Positions 54,049-64,000 of a stretch of 64,000 nucleotides of DNA are shown one piece after another. Source of the DNA: Muribaculaceae bacterium (GTDB lineage Bacteria; Bacteroidota; Bacteroidia; Bacteroidales; Muribaculaceae); contig JAFLTO010000003.1 in assembly GCA_022510425.1 (NCBI GenBank), forward strand, positions 133,570 to 197,569, given 5' to 3'. The position numbers and the translations under genes are program-made. The stretch's first letter is position 1; each line of letters opens with the position of its first letter. The notes below the pieces were generated by a model. That model was not told the origin of the DNA and searched no databases. It saw only the letters and a program-made list of their open reading frames with translations.

Positions 54049-56694
54049 TTATTTTGTCACTGCTGAAACTATTTGATCAAGTGCAGCAGACAATCCATCT
54101 GAATCTTTACCTCCTGCTTGTGCAAAGAAAGGTTGTCCACCGCCACCACCTTTGATTGACTTAGCTGCATCTCTAACTATAAGTGAGGCATTTAGACCAT
54201 TCTTTACCAAATCATCGGTCAAGGATAAAGTGAGAAGCGGTTTCCCTCCTTGGGTTGTAGCCCCTATGAAAACTGTATGTTCCGGAGATTGTTTCCTAAC
54301 ATTGAAAGCCAAATCTTTAACAACCTCCGGTAATCTTTCTCCTCGTAGAATACAAACTCTTACTCCATTGATTTCTTTGGCTGATTCGATAACTTCCTTG
54401 GATAGATTCTTTACTCTCTCTTCCATGAAATCTTCCACTTGTTTTTTCAGGTCTGCATTCTCTTTGATAGCTTTTTCTACTGCTCCTTTCAAATTAGAAG
54501 CATTACCGAAGAAAGAAGATAATTGACGCATAGTATCCTGTAGATTATCCAGAACATTTTCCACTCCTGCCGCAGATACAGCTTCGATTCTTCGTATACC
54601 GGCAGCAATGGAACTTTCGGATAAAATCCTCACCATACCAATATTACCGGAATTCTCAACATGTGTGCCCCCACAGAATTCTATAGATGATCCATATTTC
54701 ACCACTCTCACCTTGTCACCGTATTTCTCTCCGAAAAGTGCCACAGCTCCCATTTTCTTCGCTTCTTCTATGGGCATTTCCCTTTCTTCTTCAAGTGGCA
54801 TTGCCTTCCTTATCTTTTCATTCACTCTGTGCTCTACCTCCCTGATTTCTTCGGGAGTCAATTTTTGGAAATGAGAGAAGTCAAATCTTAACACTTCAGG
54901 AGATACATAAGACCCTTTCTGCTCTACATGGTTGCCTAAAACTTCCCTTAGCACTTCATGGAGCAAATGGGTGGCAGAGTGATTAGCTGAAGTGGCTGCA
55001 CGGGCCTTTTCGTCTATTGAAGCTTTAAATTCTGCAGCCGGGTCTGCGGGTAATTTTTCTATTATGTGAACACCAATATTATTCTCCTTTTTGGTATCCA
55101 ACACTTTCACAACCTCACCGTTGTCAGAAACTAAAACGCCGCTATCTCCAACTTGACCCCCCATCTCAGCATAGAAAGGTGTCTTGCTGAGAATAACTTG
55201 AAAGTATTCTTTTCCTTTTTGTTTAACTTTTCTATATCGAAGTATTTTAGTGGGCACACTTGTCATATCATAGCCTACAAACTCCTGATCCCCATCGTTC
55301 ACATAAATCCAGTCGCCTGTATCCATTGAAGCTGCATTGCGTGCTCGTTCTTTCTGTTTTTGCATCTCCGAGTCAAATTCTTCTTGGTCGAGGGTCATCC
55401 CGTTTTCTCGAAGTATAAGTTGCGTAAGATCCAAGGGGAATCCATAAGTATCATAAAGAACAAAGGCATCTTTGCCGGAGATCCGTGTTTCTCCTTTTGA
55501 TTTAGCTGAAGCTATTAAAGATTCTAACAATTTAATACCGTTATCAAGAGTCCGGAGGAAAGTCTCTTCTTCTTCTTTGATAACCTTTTTAATCAAATCT
55601 TTCTGAGCCTTGAGTTCAGGATAAGCTTCTCCCATCTCTTCCACCAATTTGTCCACAAGTAAATGAAGAGTTGCTTCCTTCCTGTCAAGGAATGTATAGG
55701 CATATCTGACCGCCCGTCTCAGAATGCGTCGTATCACATATCCAGCTTTAGCATTACCAGGTAATTGTGAGTCGGCAATAGAGAAAGCAATGGTACGTAT
55801 ATGGTCGGCAACAACACGCATTGCTACGTCAACTTTGGAATCTTCTCCATATTTTTTGGAAGTAATTACACATATCTCATTAATGAGAGGTGTGAAAACG
55901 TCAGTGTCATAGTTAGACTTCTTGCCTTGAAGTGCCATACAGAGTCGTTCAAACCCCATACCGGTGTCAATCACTTTAGCAGGGAGTGGTTCCAAACTTC
56001 CGTCAGCCTTCCTGTTATATTGCATGAAGACAAGATTCCATATCTCTATCACTTGAGGGTTGTCTTTGTTTACAAGCTTTGCCCCATCCACAACTTTTCT
56101 CTCTTCCTCACTACGCAGGTCGATGTGAATTTCACTGCATGGTCCGCATGGGCCTGTATCTCCCATTTCCCAGAAATTATCATGCTTATTCCCATCAATT
56201 ATATGGGATGAGGGTAAATGGGTTTTCCAAATTTCTTCTGCTTCCGTGTCTTTGGTTAGTCCTTCTGAAGGAGAACCTTCAAAAACTGTGGCGTAAAGCC
56301 TGTCAGGGTCCAGACCGAGTACGTCAACAAGATACTCCCAAGCCCAGTCTATGGCTTCTTTCTTGAAATAATCTCCAAATGACCAGTTCCCCAACATCTC
56401 GAACATGGTGTGATGATAAGTGTCATGCCCCACTTCCTCGAGGTCATTGTGTTTACCTGAAACTCTTAAACATTTTTGAGAATCGGCTACTCTTTTAACT
56501 TCAGCGTGTCGGTTACCTAAAATTATATCTTTGAATTGGTTCATGCCAGCATTGGTAAACATCAATGTTGGATCATCTTTTATTACCATCGGAGCTGACG
56601 GGACTATTTTGTGTCCTTTCTTCTCAAAAAATTCTTTAAATGAATCCCTGATCTCTTTTGCAGATTTCACTGTGTGAATTTTATTTGTTGACAT
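54049..56694 (-). CDS. alaS: Alanine--tRNA ligase
   Basis: 881 aa; [18 protein letters not shown], the editing-domain HxxxH region ([11 protein letters not shown]) and a C-terminal DHHA1-like end. Confidence 0.95.
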   Translation of the reverse strand: MSTNKIHTVKSAKEIRDSFKEFFEKKGHKIVPSAPMVIKDDPTLMFTNAGMNQFKDIILGNRHAEVKRVADSQKCLRVSGKHNDLEEVGHDTYHHTMFEMLGNWSFGDYFKKEAIDWAWEYLVDVLGLDPDRLYATVFEGSPSEGLTKDTEAEEIWKTHLPSSHIIDGNKHDNFWEMGDTGPCGPCSEIHIDLRSEEERKVVDGAKLVNKDNPQVIEIWNLVFMQYNRKADGSLEPLPAKVIDTGMGFERLCMALQGKKSNYDTDVFTPLINEICVITSKKYGEDSKVDVAMRVVADHIRTIAFSIADSQLPGNAKAGYVIRRILRRAVRYAYTFLDRKEATLHLLVDKLVEEMGEAYPELKAQKDLIKKVIKEEEETFLRTLDNGIKLLESLIASAKSKGETRISGKDAFVLYDTYGFPLDLTQLILRENGMTLDQEEFDSEMQKQKERARNAASMDTGDWIYVNDGDQEFVGYDMTSVPTKILRYRKVKQKGKEYFQVILSKTPFYAEMGGQVGDSGVLVSDNGEVVKVLDTKKENNIGVHIIEKLPADPAAEFKASIDEKARAATSANHSATHLLHEVLREVLGNHVEQKGSYVSPEVLRFDFSHFQKLTPEEIREVEHRVNEKIRKAMPLEEEREMPIEEAKKMGAVALFGEKYGDKVRVVKYGSSIEFCGGTHVENSGNIGMVRILSESSIAAGIRRIEAVSAAGVENVLDNLQDTMRQLSSFFGNASNLKGAVEKAIKENADLKKQVEDFMEERVKNLSKEVIESAKEINGVRVCILRGERLPEVVKDLAFNVRKQSPEHTVFIGATTQGGKPLLTLSLTDDLVKNGLNASLIVRDAAKSIKGGGGGQPFFAQAGGKDSDGLSAALDQIVSAVTK

Positions 56695-56772
56695 ACCGGA
56701 TTGAAAATTGATTCTCTATTTATGATAAGTTTGGAAGTTTTTTTACACAACGTAACCACCAACATATCATTG

Positions 56773-56780
56773 CAAATTTA
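56773..56780 (-). promoter_or_regulatory. Candidate -7 box for alaS (TAAATTTG on the minus strand)
   Basis: Plus-strand CAAATTTA, 79 nt upstream of the alaS ATG (56694). Confidence 0.35.
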
Positions 56781-56792
56781 TAGAAATTCGGC

Positions 56793-56800
56793 TAATTTTG
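56793..56800 (+). promoter_or_regulatory. Candidate -7 box TAATTTTG for the M23 peptidase gene
   Basis: Matches TAnnTTTG 27 nt upstream of the ATG at 56827. Confidence 0.4.
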
Positions 56801-56826
56801 CAATTAAGAGATCGTTGTCACTATTT

Positions 56827-57795
56827 ATGTCTAAACGAATATTCTATAATTATAATCCGGAAACAGATAACTTCGAGAGGTTCTATCCCACGATTAAGCA
56901 ACGTCTTGCCTCAATTTCTAAAATAAGTTTGATAGCTGTTGTTATTGCAGCTGCGTTTATAATTATTTTCAATTATATTGTGGCTACACCTATAGAAAAG
57001 AATCTTAGAGCTGAAAATAAAAGACTCAAATCTCAATATTCAGTTATGTCTTCAAGATTGGAAAATATGATAGAAGTAATAGAGAAGATGGAGGATCGTG
57101 ATGATAACTTTTATAGGGTAATGCTACAGATGGATCCTCTTAGTGATGCTCAAAGATTTTCCGGTTATGATTACGCAACTCGATATACCCAACTGTCAAA
57201 ACTTTCTGATTCCCGTTTGGTGGAACAACTCTCTAATAGAATGAATATCCTGGAGAAGAGAATTTATTCCCAGCTCCAGAGTTTCGATCAATTGGAAGAG
57301 GCATTAACAAATCAACAGGACAGGCTGGCTCATATCCCCTCTGTAATTCCAATAAACATTGCGGATTACACAATGTCATCAGGGTATGGGTACAGGGTTG
57401 ACCCTATTTATGGGTCCTCTAAATTTCATGAAGGTCTGGATTTTGCGGCAACTCAAGGTACAGATGTGTTCGCCTCCGGAGATGGTAAAGTGATAGTTGC
57501 CGGCCGTGAAGCCGGATATGGTAATTGTATCGATATAGACCATGGCTATAATTATATGACGAGGTATGCTCATCTAAGCCAAATTCTGGTTTCTCCGGGA
57601 GAAGAAGTAAAAAGGGGACAGTTAATAGGTAAAGTTGGCTCCACAGGTAAGTCCACAGGTCCTCATCTTCATTATGAGGTGAGATATAAAAATATTCCTC
57701 AAAACCCCGTGAATTATTATTTTATGGATTTAACCCCTGAAGAATATTATGAAATGATTCAGATTGCAGAAAATGCCGGGCATGTAATGGATTAA
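56827..57795 (+). CDS. M23-family (LytM-type) metallopeptidase with N-terminal membrane anchor and coiled coil
   Basis: HEGLDFAA and GSTGKSTGPHLHYEV zinc motifs. The ATG at 56827 (MSKRIFYNY) is preferred, because the tracked TTG at 56701 would run through the promoter region. Confidence 0.85.
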   Translation: MSKRIFYNYNPETDNFERFYPTIKQRLASISKISLIAVVIAAAFIIIFNYIVATPIEKNLRAENKRLKSQYSVMSSRLENMIEVIEKMEDRDDNFYRVMLQMDPLSDAQRFSGYDYATRYTQLSKLSDSRLVEQLSNRMNILEKRIYSQLQSFDQLEEALTNQQDRLAHIPSVIPINIADYTMSSGYGYRVDPIYGSSKFHEGLDFAATQGTDVFASGDGKVIVAGREAGYGNCIDIDHGYNYMTRYAHLSQILVSPGEEVKRGQLIGKVGSTGKSTGPHLHYEVRYKNIPQNPVNYYFMDLTPEEYYEMIQIAENAGHVMD

Positions 57796-57858
57796 CTATA
57801 AACTTGAATTCTAAAACTTTTACTTTTGGATACCAGACTTACAAAAAACTATTATAAA

Positions 57859-58188
57859 ATGAGGGAAGCTTCTGATATAATTGGGGTCCCTCAATCTACT
57901 CTTCGTTATTGGGAAAAAGAGTTCCCCGAGTTAGTCCCAAGACGCAGTGCAAGCAATCAAAGATATTATTCTCCTTCTGATTTGGAATTACTCCAGGTGA
58001 TTCATTTTCTGGTTCACATTAAGGGTATGAAGATTGATGCTGCTAAGGAACAAGTTAAACACAATAGGAAAAATATTTCCAAAAAATTGGATGCCATTGA
58101 AAAGTTAATGTCCGTACGTCAAGAATTAGAAATATTGTTACATTGTCTCAATATAAGGGAACAAAAAATGGGGCAGATGCCCCATTAG
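57859..58188 (+). CDS. MerR-family transcriptional regulator (small, 109 aa)
   Basis: MREASDIIGVPQSTLRYWEKEF helix-turn-helix. The ATG at 57859 is preferred over the tracked TTG at 57826. Confidence 0.75.
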   Translation: MREASDIIGVPQSTLRYWEKEFPELVPRRSASNQRYYSPSDLELLQVIHFLVHIKGMKIDAAKEQVKHNRKNISKKLDAIEKLMSVRQELEILLHCLNIREQKMGQMPH

Positions 58189-58631
58189 ACCTTGAGATTA
58201 GAGTTATAATATGCGGGATCTCCGGTGATATCTTCTCCGATGAAGGGAGGCTTCTTATAATTGATACCATCATCCGGAATCTCAACTTCTGCTACTATAA
58301 CTCCTTTCTTTGAACCATGAAATTCGTCAACCTCCCATATTAACCCTTCGTACGGTACTATCCATCGTGTTTTTTCCACTATTCCGGGTTCAGCAAGCTT
58401 CAGTATCTCTTCGGCGTCTTTCCCTGGAATTTCATATTCAAATTCCAATCGTTTGGCACCATGATTGCGGCTTTTAATAGTTAAAAATCCTTTTGTACCC
58501 ATAGTACGAATTCTGACTGTCCGGTCAGGATTCCTATTCAGGTATCCCTGTCTTATTTCTATTTTACCGGTGGCCATCTCACGGAAAGAGCCGTTGTCTA
58601 CAAGATATTTATGTTCGATTTCGTAGGCCAT
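58185..58631 (-). CDS. CYTH-domain (triphosphate tunnel metalloenzyme) protein
   Basis: N-terminal EIEHKYLV (ExExK) motif, 148 aa. Starts 1 nt after the ettA stop. Confidence 0.75.
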   Translation of the reverse strand: MAYEIEHKYLVDNGSFREMATGKIEIRQGYLNRNPDRTVRIRTMGTKGFLTIKSRNHGAKRLEFEYEIPGKDAEEILKLAEPGIVEKTRWIVPYEGLIWEVDEFHGSKKGVIVAEVEIPDDGINYKKPPFIGEDITGDPAYYNSNLKV

Positions 58632-58632
58632 A

Positions 58633-60315
58633 TCACACCAATTTGCGATAACGGATCCTATGGGGTGTTACATCTCCATCACGCTTTTTCTTGAAATCTT
58701 CATAGTCTGAATAACTCCCTTCGTAGAAAGTAACCTGACTGTCGCCTTCAAAGGCAAGGATGTGAGTGGCTATTCTATCCAGAAACCATCTGTCGTGACT
58801 TACCACTACAGCACAACCGGCAAAGTTTTCAAGCCCTTCTTCCAAAGCTCTCAGGGTATTCACATCAATATCATTTGTTGGTTCGTCAAGTAAAATCACA
58901 TTTCCTTCTTCTTTAAGAGCCATTGCGAGATGCAGTCTGTTTCTTTCACCTCCTGATAATACTCCTATTTTCTTTTCCTGATCGGCGCCTGTGAAATTGA
59001 ATTTCGACAGGTAAGCTCTTGCATTCATGTCTCGTCCTCCCATCCTGAAAGTCTCAACTCCTCCCGAAATAACTTCATAAACCGTTTTTTCAGGATCGAG
59101 ATCTTTATGGTTTTGGTCTACATAGGCTATTTTTACTGTCTCACCGACTTCAAAATTACCTTTGTCTTGTTTCTCGAGACCCATGATAAGTTTGAACAAG
59201 GTAGTCTTTCCGGCACCATTTGGACCAATCACTCCAACTATTCCATTGGGTGGAAGCATGAAGTTCAAATCATTAAAAAGATTTTGTTCACCGTATGCTT
59301 TGGCAAGGTTTTTAGCCTCTATGACCTTGTTGCCAAGTCTCGGACCATTGGGAATAAATATCTCTAACTTTTCTTCCCTTTGTTTCTGGTCTTGATTAAG
59401 CAATTTATCATAGCTTGAAAGGCGTGCCTTTCCTTTTGCCTGTCGGGCCTTGGGTGCCATCCTAACCCATTCTAATTCTCTTTCGAGGGTTTTACGGCGT
59501 TTACTTGCCTGCTTTTCTTCCTGAGCCATTCTTTGGGTCTTCTGCTCAAGCCAGCTGCTATAGTTTCCTTTCCAGGGTATACCTTCTCCTCGGTCAAGTT
59601 CTAAAATCCAGCCAGCCACATGGTCAAGGAAATATCGGTCGTGAGTAACTGCTATCACTGTTCCCGGGTATTGCTGGAGATGCTGTTCAAGCCAGTCAAT
59701 ACTTTCTGCATCAAGATGGTTAGTGGGTTCATCAAGCAATAGTATATCAGGTTGTTTAAGTAGAAGACGGCATAATGCAACTCTTCTTCTTTCTCCACCG
59801 GAAAGAACACTGATTTTCTTATCATCAGGCGGACAGCGCAAAGCATCCATGGCTCTTTCGAGTTTATTGTCTATATTCCATGCATCGCAGGCATCTAATT
59901 TATCTTGAAGTTCAGCCTGTCTGTTTATAAGTTTGTCCATCTTTTCGGGATCTTCCAGAACATCAGGATCCTCAAATCCTTTGTTCACTTCTTCATATTC
60001 TTTTAAAAGATCCATCACAGGTTTAACTCCTTCCTCAACTACCTCCCTCACTGTCTTATCCGGGTCAAGTTTTGGTTCTTGTTCAAGGTATCCGACAGAA
60101 TAACCCGGGGAGAAAACCACATTACCTTGATAGTTTTTATCAAGACCTGCTATTATTTTTAATAAAGTTGATTTACCCGAGCCATTAAGACCAATGATAC
60201 CTATCTTGGCGCCATAGAAAAATGAAAGATATATATCCTTGAGAATCTGTCTTTGTGGTGGAATTATCTTGCTAACTCCCACCATCGAAAAAATTATTTT
60301 TTTATCGTCAGCCAT
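58633..60315 (-). CDS. ettA: Energy-dependent translational throttle protein EttA (ABC-F)
   Basis: Two ABC cassettes ([17 protein letters not shown] and [17 protein letters not shown]) joined by a charged linker, no membrane domain, 560 aa. Confidence 0.88.
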   Translation of the reverse strand: MADDKKIIFSMVGVSKIIPPQRQILKDIYLSFFYGAKIGIIGLNGSGKSTLLKIIAGLDKNYQGNVVFSPGYSVGYLEQEPKLDPDKTVREVVEEGVKPVMDLLKEYEEVNKGFEDPDVLEDPEKMDKLINRQAELQDKLDACDAWNIDNKLERAMDALRCPPDDKKISVLSGGERRRVALCRLLLKQPDILLLDEPTNHLDAESIDWLEQHLQQYPGTVIAVTHDRYFLDHVAGWILELDRGEGIPWKGNYSSWLEQKTQRMAQEEKQASKRRKTLERELEWVRMAPKARQAKGKARLSSYDKLLNQDQKQREEKLEIFIPNGPRLGNKVIEAKNLAKAYGEQNLFNDLNFMLPPNGIVGVIGPNGAGKTTLFKLIMGLEKQDKGNFEVGETVKIAYVDQNHKDLDPEKTVYEVISGGVETFRMGGRDMNARAYLSKFNFTGADQEKKIGVLSGGERNRLHLAMALKEEGNVILLDEPTNDIDVNTLRALEEGLENFAGCAVVVSHDRWFLDRIATHILAFEGDSQVTFYEGSYSDYEDFKKKRDGDVTPHRIRYRKLV

Positions 60316-60362
60316 CTAATCTTTATGCTTAATTCTTTAATTATCCTATATCCCTTATATCA

Positions 60363-60923
60363 TTATATTTTGCCTGCTTTAACTTTATAATCGCAGCTCA
60401 CTTTCCCTTTTTGAATATTCGACAATTTGCTTTTGATTAGTTGTTTACGAATAGGGGAAACGTGATCAGTGTAGACTTCTCCTTCAAGATGGTCAAATTC
60501 ATGCTGAATGATTCTTGAAGCAAATCCCTTGAATTCCTGTTCATGAGGCTGAAAATCTTCGTCCATCCATCTTAACACCACATGTTCATGTCGTCTTACA
60601 TTTTCAGACAATCCAGGTAATGAAAGACACCCTTCTTCACGTGTCACCGGTTCTTCATCTTCAATCACTTCCAATTCCGGATTAACAAGTGTAAGCTTCA
60701 GATTCTTGCATTCAGGAAACTTTTCACCTAAGACATCGCCATCGATCACTATGAGACGAATTGATTTCCCAATTTGGGGGGCCGCAAGTCCAACGCCTTC
60801 TGAATTATACATAGTTTCGAACATGTCGGCTACCAATTGCTTGAGGTCGGGAAGATCCTTAGTCACTTCTTCACTTTTCTTCCTTAAAACAGGGTGCCCA
60901 TATAAATAAATTGGATATATCAT
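60363..60923 (-). CDS. def: Peptide deformylase
   Basis: GVGLAAPQIG, EGCLSLPG and QHEFDHLEG motifs. Confidence 0.93.
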   Translation of the reverse strand: MIYPIYLYGHPVLRKKSEEVTKDLPDLKQLVADMFETMYNSEGVGLAAPQIGKSIRLIVIDGDVLGEKFPECKNLKLTLVNPELEVIEDEEPVTREEGCLSLPGLSENVRRHEHVVLRWMDEDFQPHEQEFKGFASRIIQHEFDHLEGEVYTDHVSPIRKQLIKSKLSNIQKGKVSCDYKVKAGKI

Positions 60924-61247
60924 TCTTTTAATTTTTCGTTTTTCACCAAATTTCCTTCAAATTTACATTCTTTTTTCCTTAAAATAAAATTCACAAGAAG
61001 TAACACAAGTTGTAGTAGAAAAATGTTTCTTTATTTTGAAAGACAAAAAGTTTACTCAGAGGGTTGTCCAGGTAACTATTTTTTAATGAAAGCTATAATT
61101 TTCGTTGCTTAATTTATTAGATTTGTTTATTGCCTGTTTAGATTTTTTTATGTCTGAAATATATATAAGCTATTGATAATCAATTTTTAGGTTTTTGATT
61201 GAATTTAGATTTTTTTTATAATTAGTGAATATTATTATAAAGTGTGT

Positions 61248-61255
61248 TAATTTTG
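61248..61255 (+). promoter_or_regulatory. Candidate -7 box TAATTTTG upstream of the second susC-like gene
   Basis: Matches TAnnTTTG 67 nt upstream of the ATG at 61322, within a ~400-nt AT-rich spacer. Confidence 0.35.
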
Positions 61256-61321
61256 GACATTAATATGAAAAACACATTGAATTGAAAAACTCAAACATTC
61301 TAAATTATCAATAACCATTTC

Positions 61322-64000
61322 ATGAAAAAACTTACTAAATTTCTGAAGGCAAAGCGAGGTATAGTCGCCACGTTATTTGCCGCGCTGCTGCCATTTTGTG
61401 CCTGGGCTCAGAATGTGACAGTTTCGGGAACGGTTACCGACGCAACCGGCGAGGTGCTGATTGGTGTAAGTGTCTCCGTTAAAGGTGACCAAACCAAAGG
61501 TACTGCAACCGATATCGACGGTAATTATGTATTGTCTAATGTTCCTTCCAATGGTGCCTTGATCTTCAGCTATGTAGGCTTTGGCTCCGTAGAAGAAAGT
61601 GTGAAAGGCCGTACTACAATTGATGTTATAATGAACGAAGACACTGAACTTCTCGATGAACTTGTGGTGATCGGATATGGTTCAATCTCTCGTAAGGAAG
61701 TGTCCAGTTCTATTGTGCAAGTTAACAGCGATGACTTTATGAAGGGAGCCGTTAACTCTCCAATGGAGATGCTTACAGGTAAAGTAGCAGGTCTTAATGT
61801 GTCTAGCACAGCTTCTGCTGACCCTAATGGTGGTGCAGACCTTCAGGTGCGTGGTGCAACTTCAATTTCTGCCGGAAATGGTCCTCTTGTTGTAGTGGAT
61901 GGTGTTCCTGGTGCTGATATCAAAACTATTGCTCCACAGGATATAGAATCTATATCTGTTTTAAAGGATGCTTCCTCGGCTGCTATTTATGGTACTCGTG
62001 GTGCTAACGGTGTTATACTTATTACTACTAAGAAAGGTAGTGGAGAACCCGGCAAAGCATTAGTGACATACGATTCATATGCAGCAATTGGCGTTGCTAA
62101 GGGCAAGCCTGAAATTCTTTCTCCTCAAGAATGGCGAGCTGCCCGCAGAGGTCATGATTTCAGATCTAATACCAATTGGTATGACTTGATTACCCGTGAC
62201 GTTTCTTACGACACTAACCAATATGTTGGTATAGAAGGAAGTCTTGCTAACGGTGGTTACTACACAGCTTCTGTAAACTATAAAAATGCAAATGGTCTTG
62301 ATATCAAGAGTAAACGCCAAGAATTCGGTGGACGTTCAGCAGTTTCTGTAAATACTCTTGACAATCATCTAAAATTCACTTTCACTTTGAACGCTCGTAA
62401 ATCTGATGAAGATTACAAAGTGGGTGATTACTTCGACCGTGCTCTTTCTATGAACCCTACGATGCCGGTTTATAATCCGGACGGGTCTTGGTATCAGCCA
62501 ACCGACGTTACGGGTGCAACTAACCCTGTGAATATGATGACTACACCTACAAGCAAGGGTGTACAGAATTATATTTTGGGTACAGCAGATGTTAGATACA
62601 ATATCTGGAGTAACGACCATAATACTTTGAGTACTACTCTTCAATATTCTTACACCTATCATGACTTCAAGCAGGAAATGTATTATCCTTCTGACTCAAA
62701 TACTTCTTACTGGGGCGGTTATGATGGTCAGGCTTATTTGCAATATCAAAAATGGTGGACTAACCGTCTTGAATGGTTAGGTAACTACACATTCCAAAAT
62801 GATGCAAATCGAGTTGATGCAGTGGTTGCTTACTCATATGAAAGAAGCGATTGGAACCAGATGGGCGAACAAAACTATAATTTCACTTTCGACAGCCCTC
62901 TATGGAATAATATCGGTGCAGGTTCTTGGTTAGGAGAAGGAAAAGCTAATATGTGGAGTGGAGCTTCTCAGAATACCTTGATTGGTTTCTTGGGTCGTGT
63001 TAACTATGCTTGGAAGAGCATGATTATAGCTTCAGCTTCTTTACGTTATGAAGGTTCCACTAAATTCGGTTCAGGACATAAATGGGGTGCCTTCCCGGCT
63101 GCTTCAATTGCTTGGGAAATGGCTCAAGCTCCTTTCTTGAGAGATCAAGAACAAATTGTTCAAAGTTTGAAACCTCGTTTCTCTTATGGTCAGACAGGTC
63201 GAAGCGACTTCGACTCTTATAAGGCTATAGCAACTTACACAAGTAATGGTTCTTATCCTATGAATGGTATAGCAGGGGGATGGAACACCGGTTATAGACC
63301 TTCGATTAACGCCAACTCATTGCTCAGCTGGGAAAAACTTATCAGTTACAATATTGGTGTAGACTTTATGTTATGGAACAGGCTTTATGGTTCTATCGAA
63401 TACTTCGATCGTCAATCTAAAGACCTTCTCTACAATTATACTGCGCCACAACCTCCATTTGTTTATTCTGATATTCTCGTAAATGTGGGTACTATCAAGA
63501 ACCAAGGTGTGGAAATTGCTTTAAATGGTGATATTCTTTGGAATAAGCCGGTGAAGTGGACAATGGGTATTAATTATTCATATGGCACTACAAAACTGAC
63601 TAAACTTTCTAATGACGTCTATAAGGCATCATATCTCGATCTATATAGCACAGGTGGTATAGGTTCAAGTGAATATTTATTCAGAGTGGAAGAAGGTGGT
63701 AAGGTTGCTCAATTTTATGGATATGAGTATGCCGGCGTAACAGAAGACCATACCATGCTTGTTTATAATAAGGATGGAGAGGCTATACCGGTTGCTTCAG
63801 CTAATCCTGATGATAAGAAATTTATCGGTAATGGTGCTCCTCAACATTTCCTTACTTGGAGTAACAATTTAACTTGGAAGGGTTGGGATCTCAGTTTGAT
63901 GTTCACTGGTGCATTCGGATTCGATATCTACAATAACCGTCGTTATGGTATGGGTCTGCAACAAGGCGGAAGTACAAACGTGCTACGAAGCGCTTATGGT
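61322..64000 (+). CDS. SusC/RagA-family TonB-dependent transporter, 5' portion (runs off the window end)
   Basis: Not in the ORF track because there is no stop in the window. My own translation gives MKKLTKFLKAKRGIVATLFAALLPFCAWA|QNVTVSGTVTDATGEVLIGVSV..GTATDIDGNYVL.., then ..LDELVVIGYGS.. (plug). The frame stays open for 893 codons to nt 64000. Confidence 0.9.
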   Translation, partial: MKKLTKFLKAKRGIVATLFAALLPFCAWAQNVTVSGTVTDATGEVLIGVSVSVKGDQTKGTATDIDGNYVLSNVPSNGALIFSYVGFGSVEESVKGRTTIDVIMNEDTELLDELVVIGYGSISRKEVSSSIVQVNSDDFMKGAVNSPMEMLTGKVAGLNVSSTASADPNGGADLQVRGATSISAGNGPLVVVDGVPGADIKTIAPQDIESISVLKDASSAAIYGTRGANGVILITTKKGSGEPGKALVTYDSYAAIGVAKGKPEILSPQEWRAARRGHDFRSNTNWYDLITRDVSYDTNQYVGIEGSLANGGYYTASVNYKNANGLDIKSKRQEFGGRSAVSVNTLDNHLKFTFTLNARKSDEDYKVGDYFDRALSMNPTMPVYNPDGSWYQPTDVTGATNPVNMMTTPTSKGVQNYILGTADVRYNIWSNDHNTLSTTLQYSYTYHDFKQEMYYPSDSNTSYWGGYDGQAYLQYQKWWTNRLEWLGNYTFQNDANRVDAVVAYSYERSDWNQMGEQNYNFTFDSPLWNNIGAGSWLGEGKANMWSGASQNTLIGFLGRVNYAWKSMIIASASLRYEGSTKFGSGHKWGAFPAASIAWEMAQAPFLRDQEQIVQSLKPRFSYGQTGRSDFDSYKAIATYTSNGSYPMNGIAGGWNTGYRPSINANSLLSWEKLISYNIGVDFMLWNRLYGSIEYFDRQSKDLLYNYTAPQPPFVYSDILVNVGTIKNQGVEIALNGDILWNKPVKWTMGINYSYGTTKLTKLSNDVYKASYLDLYSTGGIGSSEYLFRVEEGGKVAQFYGYEYAGVTEDHTMLVYNKDGEAIPVASANPDDKKFIGNGAPQHFLTWSNNLTWKGWDLSLMFTGAFGFDIYNNRRYGMGLQQGGSTNVLRSAYG

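Noticed and set aside
56701-56826. Tracked TTG start extending the M23 peptidase by 42 codons
   Set aside because: The extension would start 6 nt from the alaS start codon and read through both divergent -7 boxes (56773-56780, 56793-56800). The ATG at 56827 sits 27 nt after a -7 box.
1-64000. Mobile elements, prophage, defence systems (RM, CRISPR-Cas, toxin-antitoxin, Abi-like) or rRNA anywhere in the window
   Set aside because: No integrase, transposase, recombinase, phage structural, nuclease/methylase or Cas-like translation was seen in any tracked ORF. No spacer-repeat array is present. The composition shift in the giant ORF is not flanked by tRNA-adjacent att-like repeats.

Overview
This is an AT-rich chromosomal window from a Bacteroidota (Bacteroidales-like) genome. 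The assignment rests on SusC/SusD pairs, many TAnnTTTG -7 promoter boxes, A/C-rich leaders without Shine-Dalgarno sites, Gln right after many signal-peptide cleavage sites, and T9SS-type C-terminal sorting tails. Layout: (i) 1-4.2 kb holds the tail of an M16-like peptidase, GDP-L-fucose synthesis (gmd, fcl) and a UDP-glucose-dehydrogenase-type gene. (ii) 4.3-38.1 kb is a large glycan-foraging super-locus. It contains a divergent Ser-type sulfatase and three paralogous LamG-LamG-GH18-like proteins, one of which is the C-terminus of a 2,759-aa giant ORF. It also contains two smaller secreted proteins that share an unassigned ~250-310-aa module (6 copies in total). Four of these proteins carry T9SS sorting tails. 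They are followed by a BACON lipoprotein, SusC, SusD, a second Ser-type sulfatase, GH20, GH2, a ROK kinase, an anaerobic sulfatase-maturating enzyme and nagB. (iii) 38.2-61 kb is mostly housekeeping: NagB-like/LmbE-like fusion, rpiB, folB, tRNA-Arg(ACG), TPR protein, DsbD-like, serB, lipA, lipB, MlaFE-like, udk, lptB, CPBP protease, holA, EFR1-type ferredoxin, alaS, M23 peptidase, MerR, CYTH, ettA, def. (iv) From 61.3 kb to the end is the start of a second SusC-type receptor. I saw no rRNA, CRISPR, transposase, integrase, prophage or recognisable defence genes. The most interesting signal is the T9SS-cargo cluster at 5999-22452, with its new repeated module, giant mosaic ORF and atypical GH18-like catalytic motif. 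It is physically joined to a regulator-less Sus-type locus whose enzyme set points to a sulfated LacNAc/keratan-sulfate-like substrate. All family calls come from motif recognition by eye; no searches were run.
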